From an uncultured Prevotella sp. (GTDB lineage Bacteria; Bacteroidota; Bacteroidia; Bacteroidales; Bacteroidaceae), in contig CALUGA010000010.1 of the NCBI GenBank assembly GCA_944320105.1, positions 534-64,533 on the forward strand: DNA of 64,000 nt, given 5' to 3'. Positions 41,101-50,706 of this stretch are shown piece after piece. Position numbers and translations under genes: made by a program. The first letter of the stretch is position 1, and the number at the start of each line of letters is the position of its first letter. The notes below the pieces were generated by a model. It was not told where the DNA came from. It saw nothing but the letters and a program-made list of their open reading frames with translations, and did no database searches.

Positions 41101-41352
41101 TGGGATACGGGATACGGGAGACAGGAGACAGACAAATGCTGTTATGGGAGACTGAAGTCGGGAGATAGGAGACTGACAAATGCGGTTGTGGGAGTTAGGG
41201 AAAGGTGACATGGCAGCGTGGTTGCGGCTATTGACGAAACAGAAAAGGCAAGAAACGCCCCCAAGTCATTTCCTGCCTAACCCACTTTGCTATTTTTCTT
41301 AATTCTTAATTCTTACTTCTTAATTTCTTGCTTCTTACTTCTAAATTTCTTG
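41101..41352. repeat. Heptamer tandem-repeat blocks, inverse of 38297-38620
   Basis: gggatac/ggagaca runs, then ttcttaa/ttcttac runs. Confidence 0.78.
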
Positions 41353-41359
41353 CCTTTGT

Positions 41360-41890
41360 TTACTTGAATATCGAGAAGTTCACGCTTCCGTAGGCGCGGT
41401 GCTCCACGAAGCGTTCCATTTGGCTGAAATCGTTTTTTGCCCCGTGCTCAAACACGAACACGCCTCCCTCGGCCAGCAAGCCCGAGGAGAGCACAAGGTC
41501 TGGTATCTCGGGCAGGCGTTCAAGCATATATGGCGGATCGGCGAAGATGAAGTCAAACTGCTGGCGGCACGACTTGATGAACCTGAATGCATCGGCGCGC
41601 AGAGGCACGCAGCCCGTGGCCCCTATCTTGGCCAAGCACTGCTTGATGAAAGCATGGTGGTCGCGATCCTGCTCCACGCTCACCACGCCCGCGCAGCCCC
41701 GCGACAGCAGTTCGAGCGTTATGCTGCCCGTGCCGGAAAAGAGGTCGAGTGCCTGCTTGCCTTCAAGGTCAATGTAGCCTGCCAGCACGTTAAATAGGTT
41801 CTCCTTGGCGAAATCGGTGGTGGGCCTGGCCTTGAACGTGCGCGGTATGTCGAAGTGGCGGCCCTTGTAAAGTCCTGTTATTATCCTCAT
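41360..41890 (-). CDS. rsmD: 16S rRNA m2G966 methyltransferase
   Basis: MRIITG, RPTTD, DLFSGTG and DPPY motifs. Confidence 0.93.
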   Translation of the reverse strand: MRIITGLYKGRHFDIPRTFKARPTTDFAKENLFNVLAGYIDLEGKQALDLFSGTGSITLELLSRGCAGVVSVEQDRDHHAFIKQCLAKIGATGCVPLRADAFRFIKSCRQQFDFIFADPPYMLERLPEIPDLVLSSGLLAEGGVFVFEHGAKNDFSQMERFVEHRAYGSVNFSIFK

Positions 41891-41894
41891 GTTG

Positions 41895-42719
41895 TCACCT
41901 TCCTTTTACGTAGTAAGCCATCAGGTCGTATGGCATCCCGCTCACGAGCGACGCCGGCGCGCGGTTGAAGTCGGCTGAGGGGTTGATTACGTATGCCCTC
42001 AGGAGATATTTCCTCAGCTCCGCCAGTATCCACGCCTGCTCGGGTATGTCGCCCACTATGTGCATCTCGTCGTGCTCGGGCTTCATTGCCAGCTGCTTCC
42101 AAACGTAGAGAAGGAAGTACAGCGCGTCGTGTGCGTGGGTGGTTTCGAAGGCATTGCAGTACTTGAAGCGGTTCTGCGCAAAGCAGAAAATGTCAAGTTT
42201 CCTGTCGTGGAAATAGCCGTACAGTTTGCTGCGCGGCCCTATGAAGCTGCGCTGGTGGAGGTATTTCCATACGGGAGACATGGCGCAGCCCACCTTCACG
42301 TCGGCAAAGTGGTCGTCCACCACGAGCCTAAGGTCCTTGTTCACCGAGAACAACGCCACGGCGTTAAGCTCTGGCAGCACGTTGTATTCCACCCTGTCGG
42401 CGGTCTGCCTCGGGAACGAGTGGCGGTAGAGCGTGTCGGCATCCTGCTCGCGGAAGAGGTCTACTGGCATCATGAGCACAGGCGAGTCCACCATGAGCAG
42501 GGCCTTGCCGTAGCCCTTGCCCGGCAGTGTGGCGGTCTTGAATGCCTCGCGCAGGTTGGCGGCTATGGCTATCCCGCTCCTCACGGTGTACGGTTCGAAT
42601 GTCACGCCGCCGGCTTCCTGCGCCGTGTCGGGCGCGGAGAAAGAAAGCGAATGGCGGCTGGCGCGTATCGTGAGCCGCCGTCCGGCGTTGCGAGTGTTGC
42701 TGTTTGGGGCTGTGTCCAT
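41895..42719 (-). CDS. DUF3822-like Bacteroidetes protein
   Basis: YCNAF...DALYFLLYVWKQL motif; usual neighbour of rsmD; TACCTTTG box upstream. Confidence 0.72.
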   Translation of the reverse strand: MDTAPNSNTRNAGRRLTIRASRHSLSFSAPDTAQEAGGVTFEPYTVRSGIAIAANLREAFKTATLPGKGYGKALLMVDSPVLMMPVDLFREQDADTLYRHSFPRQTADRVEYNVLPELNAVALFSVNKDLRLVVDDHFADVKVGCAMSPVWKYLHQRSFIGPRSKLYGYFHDRKLDIFCFAQNRFKYCNAFETTHAHDALYFLLYVWKQLAMKPEHDEMHIVGDIPEQAWILAELRKYLLRAYVINPSADFNRAPASLVSGMPYDLMAYYVKGR

Positions 42720-42806
42720 TGTCTGTTTGCTCTTCTTGCTTGCAAAGGTAGCACAAAAAAACGAGAGGAAGAAACGAACAATGCGCTTTTTGGTGTGCGG
42801 TGGCCT

Positions 42807-42852
42807 ACAATGCGATGCGAGGCGGAACATTGTCCGCCTCGCATCGCATTGT
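42807..42852. terminator. 20-bp perfect stem hairpin downstream of the TPM gene
   Basis: acaatgcgatgcgaggcgga-acattg-tccgcctcgcatcgcattgt. Confidence 0.55.
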
Positions 42853-42983
42853 GGCTTGTTGTGCCTCGTGATGTATGGAGCAATGCCCTTTCGGTGTGGC
42901 TTTGCAGGCTTGCCCGGCGCGTTTGTTGGGCGCAGGCGGCGCTCCGTGCCACCTTGCCGTGCCGCCCCTTGGCAGCCGCGGGC

Positions 42984-43922
42984 CTACCAGCCCGACTCTG
43001 CTCCGCCTCCGCCGGAGTCTCCCCCGCCGAAGCTGCCTCCGCTGAAGCCACCGCCCCCGCCGCCATGGCCGCCCCGGCCTCCGCTCAGCAGCGAGCCTAT
43101 GATGAAGCCGCTGAGGAATGAGCCGAAGCCCGAGTGGTGGTCATCGTCGTTGCCTTCGTCGGTGGTTTGCACGGTGACGCGCCCGCAGTGCGAGCACACA
43201 AACACATCTTTGCGCATCGTGTGGCCGTTGGGTGCGCGGTAGCGGTCGGTAGACATTAGCCCCAGTGCGCGCCTGCCGCAGTTTTGGCATCGCTTCTTGC
43301 GGTTGCCGTAAGTGCCCGTTGCATACAGGGCTACGGCCAAGATGATCATTATCAGCACTATCACCGCCATGCCGCTTCCGCCGTCCTGCTTCTTTTCAGG
43401 CTCCATCGAGCCGTCGAGTGTGGCGTATATAGCCTTGCTCCCGGCCACCATCGCCGCACCTACGTCGCCCCGGCGGAAGGCCGGCACCATCAGTTCCTGC
43501 TGTATGCGCATGCACTTCGCATCGGTGAGGAAGCCCTCCAGGCCGTAGCCCACGTGTATCCTCACCTTGCGTTGGTCGGCCACGTAGAGCACCAGCAGGC
43601 CGTTGTCGCGTCCTTTCTTGCCTATGCCCCAGTGGCGGAACAGGGCCTGCGCGAAGTCGAATGGCGTGGCGTCGCCTATCGACGGCAGCGCCACCACGGC
43701 CGCCTCGATGCCCGTTGTGGCCTCAAGCCGGCCAAAGAGCGCGTCGATGGAGTCGCGGGCGGCTGCCGGCACAAGCCGTGCCGGGTCAGAGACGTACCGC
43801 CTTGCGTCATGCACACGGACATTAGGCACGCTCTCGATGGTGAAAGCCTGCGCCCGCTCCTCGGCCGCAATGGCGGTGATGGCGGCGAGAGCCGATATGA
43901 AAATCAGCGCGAAGCGTTTCAT
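42984..43922 (-). CDS. TPM-domain membrane protein
   Basis: WGIGKKGRDNGLL and VGYGLEG motifs; Gly-rich GGGDSGGGGA tail; follows lemA. Confidence 0.9.
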   Translation of the reverse strand: MKRFALIFISALAAITAIAAEERAQAFTIESVPNVRVHDARRYVSDPARLVPAAARDSIDALFGRLEATTGIEAAVVALPSIGDATPFDFAQALFRHWGIGKKGRDNGLLVLYVADQRKVRIHVGYGLEGFLTDAKCMRIQQELMVPAFRRGDVGAAMVAGSKAIYATLDGSMEPEKKQDGGSGMAVIVLIMIILAVALYATGTYGNRKKRCQNCGRRALGLMSTDRYRAPNGHTMRKDVFVCSHCGRVTVQTTDEGNDDDHHSGFGSFLSGFIIGSLLSGGRGGHGGGGGGFSGGSFGGGDSGGGGAESGW

Positions 43923-43931
43923 GGCCTACGG

Positions 43932-44525
43932 TCAGAACTGCACTTCGGGTGCTTTTTCCGCGCCGCTCTCAGCCTCGAAGTACGACTTCTTGTCGAATCC
44001 GAAGAGTCCGGCGAGTATGTTCTTGGGGAAGCGGCGTATGGCCACGTTGTATGCCTTGGCCGCGTCGTTGAAGTCCTTGCGCGCCACCGTGATGCGGTTC
44101 TCTGTGCCTTCGAGTTGCGACTGCAGCTCAAGGAAGTTCTGGTTGGCCTTCAGGTCGGGGTACTGTTCGCGTATGGCGAGCAGCCGTCCGAGGGCCGTTG
44201 ACAGTTCGCCCTGCGCCTTTTGGAACTCGGCTATGCGCTCAGGGGAGAGGTCGTCGGCGTCAACCTTTACCTGCGTGGCCTTGCTCCGCGCCTCCATCAC
44301 GCCCTTGAGCGTTTCCTTTTCGTGCGTGGCGTAGCCCTTTACGGTGTTCACGAGGTTAGGTATCAGGTCGGCGCGGCGCTGGTATTGTGTTTCCACGTTG
44401 GCCCACTTGCCGGCCACTTGCTCGTCCATCGACACGAGGCCGTTGTATCCAGACACTCCCCACAGCAGCAGGATCAGCACCACTGCCCCTGCGATAATCC
44501 ATCCCAAATGTTTCTTCACGTTCAT
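43932..44525 (-). CDS. lemA: LemA family protein
   Basis: YQRRADLIPNLV, EQYPDLKA and EGTENRI motifs. Confidence 0.95.
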   Translation of the reverse strand: MNVKKHLGWIIAGAVVLILLLWGVSGYNGLVSMDEQVAGKWANVETQYQRRADLIPNLVNTVKGYATHEKETLKGVMEARSKATQVKVDADDLSPERIAEFQKAQGELSTALGRLLAIREQYPDLKANQNFLELQSQLEGTENRITVARKDFNDAAKAYNVAIRRFPKNILAGLFGFDKKSYFEAESGAEKAPEVQF

Positions 44526-44700
44526 TTTTAAATATAGGTTATTGGTTTGTTGATTCGTTGCCTTGGCCCGCTGCCGCCTCTGTGCCGGCCTTCCGGCTGT
44601 CCTGCGCGGCGGGCGCGAGTATGCTCCTCACGCATATCCACAGCAACAACAGTGCCAGTATGGTGAGCAGCGCGTTGGTTATTTTGTTCTTGTTTGCCAT

Positions 44701-45183
44701 TTAGTAGTTTTCTATAGCCTTTATGCGCTCCTCGGTGCGCTTTCGTTTTTTCGAGCTGAAGATTGAGAAAAAGTCGAACGTGGCCAGCGGCTTGGGCCTC
44801 GGTGTAAGGCGTTGCTCCTCGTGGAAGGCGCTGAGCATCTTGCCGAAGTCGATGCCCACCTGCGGCAGCTTGCCGTAGATTACCACCTCGCCCAGGGCGT
44901 TGTACTTGCGCATCAGCTCCAGGGTGTCGGTCAGTTCGGCGCGCGTGAGGTGCCTCGTTTCGTATCCCGTGTGGCCCAGCGTAATGCTGTCGGCGTGTGC
45001 GGGTATTATTATGCCGCCCGTGTAGTCGGTCCTGAGCTGCGAGGTGATGGCCGTGTCGAGTGTTACGGTCACCCCTGCCAAAGGCGTGTGGGTCTCCATG
45101 TCGATCACGGTGACCTCCTTTTGTGCCGCGCCGCAGAGGCAGAACGCGGTGGCGGCCAGTGTCAGCAGATATCTCATCGTCAT
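44701..45183 (-). CDS. Exported protein with a carboxypeptidase-regulatory-like domain
   Basis: Signal peptide; VIDMETHTPLAGVTV..TD..G..GY..LGEVVI pattern; TATCTTTG box upstream. Confidence 0.7.
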   Translation of the reverse strand: MTMRYLLTLAATAFCLCGAAQKEVTVIDMETHTPLAGVTVTLDTAITSQLRTDYTGGIIIPAHADSITLGHTGYETRHLTRAELTDTLELMRKYNALGEVVIYGKLPQVGIDFGKMLSAFHEEQRLTPRPKPLATFDFFSIFSSKKRKRTEERIKAIENY

Positions 45184-45338
45184 GGCCTTTTGTTTTAGTG
45201 GTTGTCGTTATATATACAAAGATAGCCATTTAGTGCGTAAAGGCAAAGGGCGGCGGGGCGGCTTTGTCTATTTTTTTGATGTTTTAATTTTTATTTCGCG
45301 CAATTTAGCTACCTTTGTTCCGACAAAGCTTTCACGAC

Positions 45339-46823
45339 ATGATGACAGACATTGTGGCACAGGCTGTGGAGCGCCAGTTGCGCTTCAGTCCCACGGCCGA
45401 CCAGCGGCGGGCCATCGGTGAGTTCGCCTCTTTCATGGTTTCGCGCTCCGAGCGCGCCGTGATGCTGTTGCGCGGGTCGGCCGGCACGGGCAAGACCGCG
45501 CTGGCCTCGGCCATGGTGCGCGCCCTTGGCGATGCAGGCTGGCGCATGGTGCTGCTTGCCCCCACGGGTCGGGCGGCCAAGGTGTTCGCCCTAAGCGCGG
45601 GCCGCCCGGCGTTCACCATCCACCGCCGCATATACCGGCAGAAGTCGCTGCGCGCCGACATGGGCGGCTTCAGCCTCGGCGACAACCTGCACCGCGACAC
45701 GCTTTTCATAGTAGACGAGGCATCGATGGTGGCCAACTCTGGTGCCGGCGAGGCCTCCTTTGGCAGCGGTTGCCTGCTCGACGACCTCGTGCAGTACGTC
45801 TATGGCGGCGAGGGCTGCCGCCTGATGCTCATCGGCGACGGTGCCCAGCTGCCCCCTGTGGGCGAGGTCGAGAGTCCGGCCCTCTCGGCCCGGGCCATGT
45901 CGGCCTACGGCCTGCGAGTGTTTGAGGCCACGCTCGACGAGGTGGTGCGCCAGGCCGAAGGCTCAGGCATACTCTTCAACGCCACCGCCGTGCGCCGCAT
46001 GATAACCTCGGACGGCCCCGTGCAGCTGCCCCGGGTGCGCTTCAGTGGCTTTGCCGACATCAGCGTGGTGCGCGGCGACGAGCTTGTGGAGACGCTCGCC
46101 GGGAGCTACAGCCGCGCCGGCACAGACGAGACAATAGTGATAACGCGGAGCAACAAGCGCGCCGTGGTGTACAACCGGGGCATACGCGCCATGATCCTCG
46201 ACCGCGAGGAGGAACTGTGTGTGGGCGACATGATAATGGTGGTGCGCAACAACTACTACTGGACGGAGCAGGAGCGGCGCCCCACGCCACAGGCAGGCTC
46301 CTCTGCCCCTGCCCCTGCCGAGGGCGAGGCGGGCCTGCCGCCTTTCCTCGCCAACGGCGACAGGGCGGTGGTGAGGCGTGTGCGCGGGGTGCGCAGCCTC
46401 TATGGATTCCGCTTTGCCGACGTTACGATGACACTGCCCGACTACGGCGACTGCGAGCTTACGGCCACCGTGCTGCTCGACACCATCAGCTCCGAGGCAC
46501 CCGCGCTGACCCGCGAGCAGGGCGAAAAGCTCTTCAACGCCGTGATGGACGACTATGCCGACCTGCCGCTGAAGGCCGACAGGATAAAGAGCCTCAGGCG
46601 CGACCGCCATTTCAATGCGCTTCAGGTGAAGCACGCCTACGCCGTTACCTGCCACAAGGCGCAAGGTGGGCAGTGGGCCGAGGTGTATGTGGACCAAGGC
46701 TACATGACCGACGATATGCTTACCCCGGCCTACCTCCACTGGCTCTACACAGCCTTCACCCGTGCCACCGAGAGGCTCTACCTCATCAACTGGCCCGACC
46801 GTCAGACGGTCGATGCCGGCTGA
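45339..46823 (+). CDS. RecD-like SF1 helicase/ATP-dependent exonuclease
   Basis: GSAGTGKT, APTGRAA, DEASM, GDGAQLPPV, TCHKAQG and YTAFTRA motifs. Confidence 0.92.
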   Translation: MMTDIVAQAVERQLRFSPTADQRRAIGEFASFMVSRSERAVMLLRGSAGTGKTALASAMVRALGDAGWRMVLLAPTGRAAKVFALSAGRPAFTIHRRIYRQKSLRADMGGFSLGDNLHRDTLFIVDEASMVANSGAGEASFGSGCLLDDLVQYVYGGEGCRLMLIGDGAQLPPVGEVESPALSARAMSAYGLRVFEATLDEVVRQAEGSGILFNATAVRRMITSDGPVQLPRVRFSGFADISVVRGDELVETLAGSYSRAGTDETIVITRSNKRAVVYNRGIRAMILDREEELCVGDMIMVVRNNYYWTEQERRPTPQAGSSAPAPAEGEAGLPPFLANGDRAVVRRVRGVRSLYGFRFADVTMTLPDYGDCELTATVLLDTISSEAPALTREQGEKLFNAVMDDYADLPLKADRIKSLRRDRHFNALQVKHAYAVTCHKAQGGQWAEVYVDQGYMTDDMLTPAYLHWLYTAFTRATERLYLINWPDRQTVDAG

Positions 46824-46879
46824 GGCTGCCGCTTCTGATTTTTCAAAAAAGTTTACTTTGGCCCTCCCCAATGCCGTAT

Positions 46880-47027
46880 TGCCTTGCCAAACGGCCTTTC
46901 GCGGACTGCCGAACAGCCCGTTTGAGCCTGCAAAACGTGCCGTTTCGCACGGCTAAACGGTACGTTTCGCAACCTCTTGGCAACCAGGGTGTTATGCAGG
47001 GCGGTGCGCATTGAGAAATATCATTAC
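46880..47027. repeat. 22-bp-period array element, copy 5
   Basis: gccaaacggcctttcgcggact/gccgaacagcccgtttgagcct/gcaaaacgtgccgtttcgcacg/gctaaacggtacgtttcgcaac, followed by the tail gagaaatatcattac. Confidence 0.75.
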
Positions 47028-47077
47028 AAAATAAGGGCTGCCTCCATGCGATTTCCGTTGCCTAAGGCGAGTATTGA

Positions 47078-47223
47078 GCGAGTTCGGGATAGGCAATCAT
47101 TGAGATTAAGCAGTGGGAGTTCTCATGTAGAGACGCAAAATTTTGCGTCTCTACAAGTGGCAGGCAGCAGGTTGATACCTACATTTCTTGTAGGACAAAC
47201 GAAAATCATCATCCCGAACTCGC
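47078..47223. mobile_element. MITE-like element A (copy 2, intact)
   Basis: Perfect 13-bp terminal inverted repeat gcgagttcgggat ... atcccgaactcgc; internal 28-bp palindrome gtagagacgcaaaattttgcgtctctac. Confidence 0.75.
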
Positions 47224-47271
47224 GTAAGTATTCGATGTCAGGCAGGGGCAGCCTGCCGCCCTGCGGCCAGG

Positions 47272-47318
47272 AAACAAAAAGCCGGGCCGAGTGGGAACAA
47301 CTCCCGCCTCAGCCCGGC
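47272..47318 (-). terminator. Intrinsic terminator of the small-ORF operon
   Basis: gccgggc..gag / ctc.gcccggc stem followed on the minus strand by TTTTTGTTT. Confidence 0.7.
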
Positions 47319-47361
47319 GTATGTCTCAGCTTGCCGCCTATGGCAGGCTTTTCCTTGCGGC

Positions 47362-47460
47362 TCAGCGTCCGCAGGCGGTCTTGATGCCAATGGCAATGCC
47401 TACTGCCTCAACGGCCAGGAACACAGCCACGTAGCCCGCCATCATTATGAACATGCTCAT
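47362..47460 (-). CDS. Small hydrophobic protein (32 aa)
   Basis: MSMFIMMAGYVAVFLAVEAVGIAIGIKTACGR; AAGGAGG just upstream; below the ORF-track length cutoff. Confidence 0.62.
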   Translation of the reverse strand: MSMFIMMAGYVAVFLAVEAVGIAIGIKTACGR

Positions 47461-47476
47461 GATACGTCCTCCTTGG

Positions 47477-47581
47477 TTAAAAGTTAGTCCTTAAACGTTC
47501 TACCGAAGCATACAGGAGCGCGGCCCCTATCACGGAGACTGCCACGCATACTGCTGCAAATCCAATCATCTCAATACTCAT
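47477..47581 (-). CDS. Small hydrophobic protein (34 aa)
   Basis: MSIEMIGFAAVCVAVSVIGAALLYASVERLRTNF; A-rich leader and TAACTTTG box about 45 nt upstream. Confidence 0.62.
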   Translation of the reverse strand: MSIEMIGFAAVCVAVSVIGAALLYASVERLRTNF

Positions 47582-47856
47582 CTTTCTTGCTTTTGTTTGT
47601 TATCCTAAATACTTCTTTTCGGCTGCAAAGTTACTGCTTAGTGCAGAATTTGCACAATGCAAGGCGCAAAAAATATGCCAAGGCAGCTCTTATTTTGACA
47701 TTAATCAATGTTGTGGGCGCACACAATAGGCAAATCTCGCCTTTGCAGGCCGTTTGCGGCATAGGGTGATGCAAGTGTGGCCACTGCGCGGCGTGGCTTA
47801 AAATAAGCCAAAATGTTTTGCGTTACGCCCGAAATAATGTAAATTTGCATACTGAA

Positions 47857-48873
47857 ATGGAAGCGAGACGCATTGCAGTTACCTGCATAAAGATAATAAT
47901 GCCGCTGGTGCTCGGAGGGGCTATACTCTACTGGATGTACCGCGACTTCGACTTCAAGGCCATGGAGGGCGTGATGCGCCACGGGATAGACTGGTCGTGG
48001 ATGGCCTTGTCGTTCCCCTTTGGCATACTGGCGCAGATGCTGCGCGGCTGGCGATGGCGGCAGACGCTGGAGCCTCTTGGCGAGCGTCCGCGCGCCTCGG
48101 TGAGCGTTTACTCCATATTCCTTTCCTACGCCGCCAGCCTCGTGATACCGCGCATAGGCGAGTTTACGCGCTGCGGGGTGCTGCGCCGCTACGACGGCGT
48201 GTCGTTCCCCAAGGCCCTTGGCACCGTGGTCACCGAGCGCGCCATCGACACCCTGCTGGTGCTCATCATCATGGGGGTGATGCTGCTCTGGCAGATGGGG
48301 GCCTTCTCAACGTTCTTCAGCCAGACCGGCACGAGCCTCGACTCGCTGCTGGCCCGCTTCTCCACTGCGGGCTATGCCGTCATTGCCGTGTGCGCCGTGG
48401 CGGTGCTGCTGCTGGCCCATGTGCTCCTGAAGAAACTCGCCATATATAATAAGGTGAAAGCCACGCTTGGCGGGATATGGCAGGGCGTGGTGTCGCTGCG
48501 CGGCGTAAGGAACGTGCCTTTGTTCCTCCTGATGACCGTGGGGATATGGGCATGCTACTTCGTCCACTACTACCTCACGTTCTTCTGCTTCGGTTTCACC
48601 GAGCCGCTGGGCGTGGCCTGCGGCCTTGTCACTTTCGTTGTGGGCAGCATGGCCGTCATAGTGCCTACGCCAAACGGAGCCGGGCCTTGGCACTTCGCCG
48701 TGAAGACCATGCTCATACTCTACGGCGTGGCCGAGGAGCAGGCACTGGTGTTCGTGCTCATCGTTCACTCCGTGCAGACCATGCTCGTGATACTGCTGGG
48801 CGTATGGGCGTGGGCCGCGTTGGCGTTCACCAAGAGGCGCGTTGCGGCATCGCCTTCGGCAGCAGCCTGCTGA
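47857..48873 (+). CDS. Lysylphosphatidylglycerol synthase TM (flippase-like) protein
   Basis: RGWRW, PRIGEFTRC, GTVVTER and PTPNGAGPWH motifs; multiple TM helices. Confidence 0.87.
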   Translation: MEARRIAVTCIKIIMPLVLGGAILYWMYRDFDFKAMEGVMRHGIDWSWMALSFPFGILAQMLRGWRWRQTLEPLGERPRASVSVYSIFLSYAASLVIPRIGEFTRCGVLRRYDGVSFPKALGTVVTERAIDTLLVLIIMGVMLLWQMGAFSTFFSQTGTSLDSLLARFSTAGYAVIAVCAVAVLLLAHVLLKKLAIYNKVKATLGGIWQGVVSLRGVRNVPLFLLMTVGIWACYFVHYYLTFFCFGFTEPLGVACGLVTFVVGSMAVIVPTPNGAGPWHFAVKTMLILYGVAEEQALVFVLIVHSVQTMLVILLGVWAWAALAFTKRRVAASPSAAAC

Positions 48874-49029
48874 GCCATGCCTGTGGCGGGGCATGAGGCT
48901 CCCGGCCGGCGTGAAACCACCTCAGGCTGCCGACAATACAACCGACTGACAACGAGGGCAACGCCCCCGCGCTTCCAGGCCGCAAGGACGGCAGGGCGCA
49001 ACGGGGCGGCCCGCTTAAAACCATAAACT

Positions 49030-50487
49030 ATGAGTGAAATCAGAAACCTAAAGCCCGAGTGCATCTGGCGCAACTTCGACGCGCTCACGCAGGTGCCACG
49101 TCCGTCTGGACATCTTGACAAAGTACAGAACTTCCTGCTCGACTTCGCCGCCAGCGCAGGCGTGGAGGCCTTCAAGGATCCCGCCGGAAACATAGTGATG
49201 CGCAAGCCCGCCAGCCCCGGCATGGAGGGCCGCAAAGGCGTGATACTGCAGGCGCACATGGACATGGTGCCGCAGAAATCGAAGGAGAGCACCCACAACT
49301 TTGAGACCGACCCGATAGAGACCTACATCGACGGCGACTGGGTGAAGGCGCGCGGCACAACGCTCGGCTCCGACAACGGCATAGGCGTGGCAGCAATCAT
49401 GGCCGTGATGGAGGACAAGAGCCTGAAGCACGGCCCGGTGGAGGCTCTCATCACGGCCGACGAGGAAACCGGAATGTACGGAGCCAACGACCTGCCCGAG
49501 GGCGAACTCAACGGCGACATACTGCTCAACCTCGACTCCGAGACGTGGGGGAAGTTCGTCATTGGCAGCGCCGGAGGGCTCGACATAACCGCCACCATGG
49601 AGTACAAGGAGGCCGCCACCGACCCCGACGACACCGCAGTGAAGGTGACGCTGAAAGGCCTCAAGGGCGGACACTCGGGCCTGGAGATACACGAGGGCCG
49701 CGCCAACGCCAACAAGCTGATGGCGCGCTACGTGCGCGACGCCATAGCCGAGTGCGGTGCCCGCCTGGCATCGTGGCACGGAGGCAACATGCGCAACGCC
49801 ATACCCTTTGAGTGCGAGGCAGTACTGACGCTGCCCAAGGAGAACGTGGATGCCGCCAAGGAGCTGGCCGCCGACTACAAGGAGCTGTTTGCCCATGAGT
49901 ATGCCGGCATAGAGAGCGGCATCATCTTCGCCGCCGAGGAAGCCGAAGCGCCCAAGGCCGAGGTTCCCGAGGACATACAGGACAACCTCATCGACGCCAT
50001 CTACGCCTGCCACAACGGCGTGCTGCGCATGATACCGGCAATACCGTCGGTGGTGGAAACGTCGTCGAACCTGGCCATCATCGACATTACGCCGAGCCGC
50101 GCCGAGGTTAAGATACTGGCCCGCTCGTCGAGCGAGAGCATGAAGGAGTACATTGCCAACACGCTGCAGAGCTGCTTCAGCATGGCCGGGATGAAGGTGG
50201 AGACGAGCGGCGGATACACCGGCTGGGACCCCAACACTGACAGCGAGATACTGAAGCTGCTGGAGCGCGAGTACCGCGAGCTGTTTGGCGAGGAGGCCGT
50301 GGAGCAGGTAGACCACGCCGGACTGGAGTGCAGCGTAATCCTCGGCAAGTATCCTCACCTCGACATCGTGTCGCTCGGGCCTACGCTCCGCTCGCCCCAC
50401 ACCACCGGCGAGCGCTGCTACATACCGACGATGGCGCCGTTCTGGAGCCTGCTCGTCAAGACGCTGGAGGACATACCGGCCAAGTAA
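49030..50487 (+). CDS. pepD: Aminoacyl-histidine dipeptidase
   Basis: QAHMDMV, GSDNGIG, DEETG, NLDSE, GGHSG and HAGLEC motifs. Confidence 0.95.
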   Translation: MSEIRNLKPECIWRNFDALTQVPRPSGHLDKVQNFLLDFAASAGVEAFKDPAGNIVMRKPASPGMEGRKGVILQAHMDMVPQKSKESTHNFETDPIETYIDGDWVKARGTTLGSDNGIGVAAIMAVMEDKSLKHGPVEALITADEETGMYGANDLPEGELNGDILLNLDSETWGKFVIGSAGGLDITATMEYKEAATDPDDTAVKVTLKGLKGGHSGLEIHEGRANANKLMARYVRDAIAECGARLASWHGGNMRNAIPFECEAVLTLPKENVDAAKELAADYKELFAHEYAGIESGIIFAAEEAEAPKAEVPEDIQDNLIDAIYACHNGVLRMIPAIPSVVETSSNLAIIDITPSRAEVKILARSSSESMKEYIANTLQSCFSMAGMKVETSGGYTGWDPNTDSEILKLLEREYRELFGEEAVEQVDHAGLECSVILGKYPHLDIVSLGPTLRSPHTTGERCYIPTMAPFWSLLVKTLEDIPAK

Positions 50488-50706
50488 GCCGGTTGGCAAA
50501 AGGATAACTTCTTTTCTATGTTCCGCCGGAGAATGCGGCCTGCACGGCAAGGCTTGCGCTCCGGCGGTTTTGTAGATATGTAAAACACAAATCGTTCTAA
50601 TGCGGTTTGGGGTAAAATAGCCCATCGTGCGGATTTTGTTGCGGCGGAGCGGCTGTTGTTTCAAAGTATTTTTGTATCTTTGCAGAAATCTAAAAAATAT
50701 AGGAAG

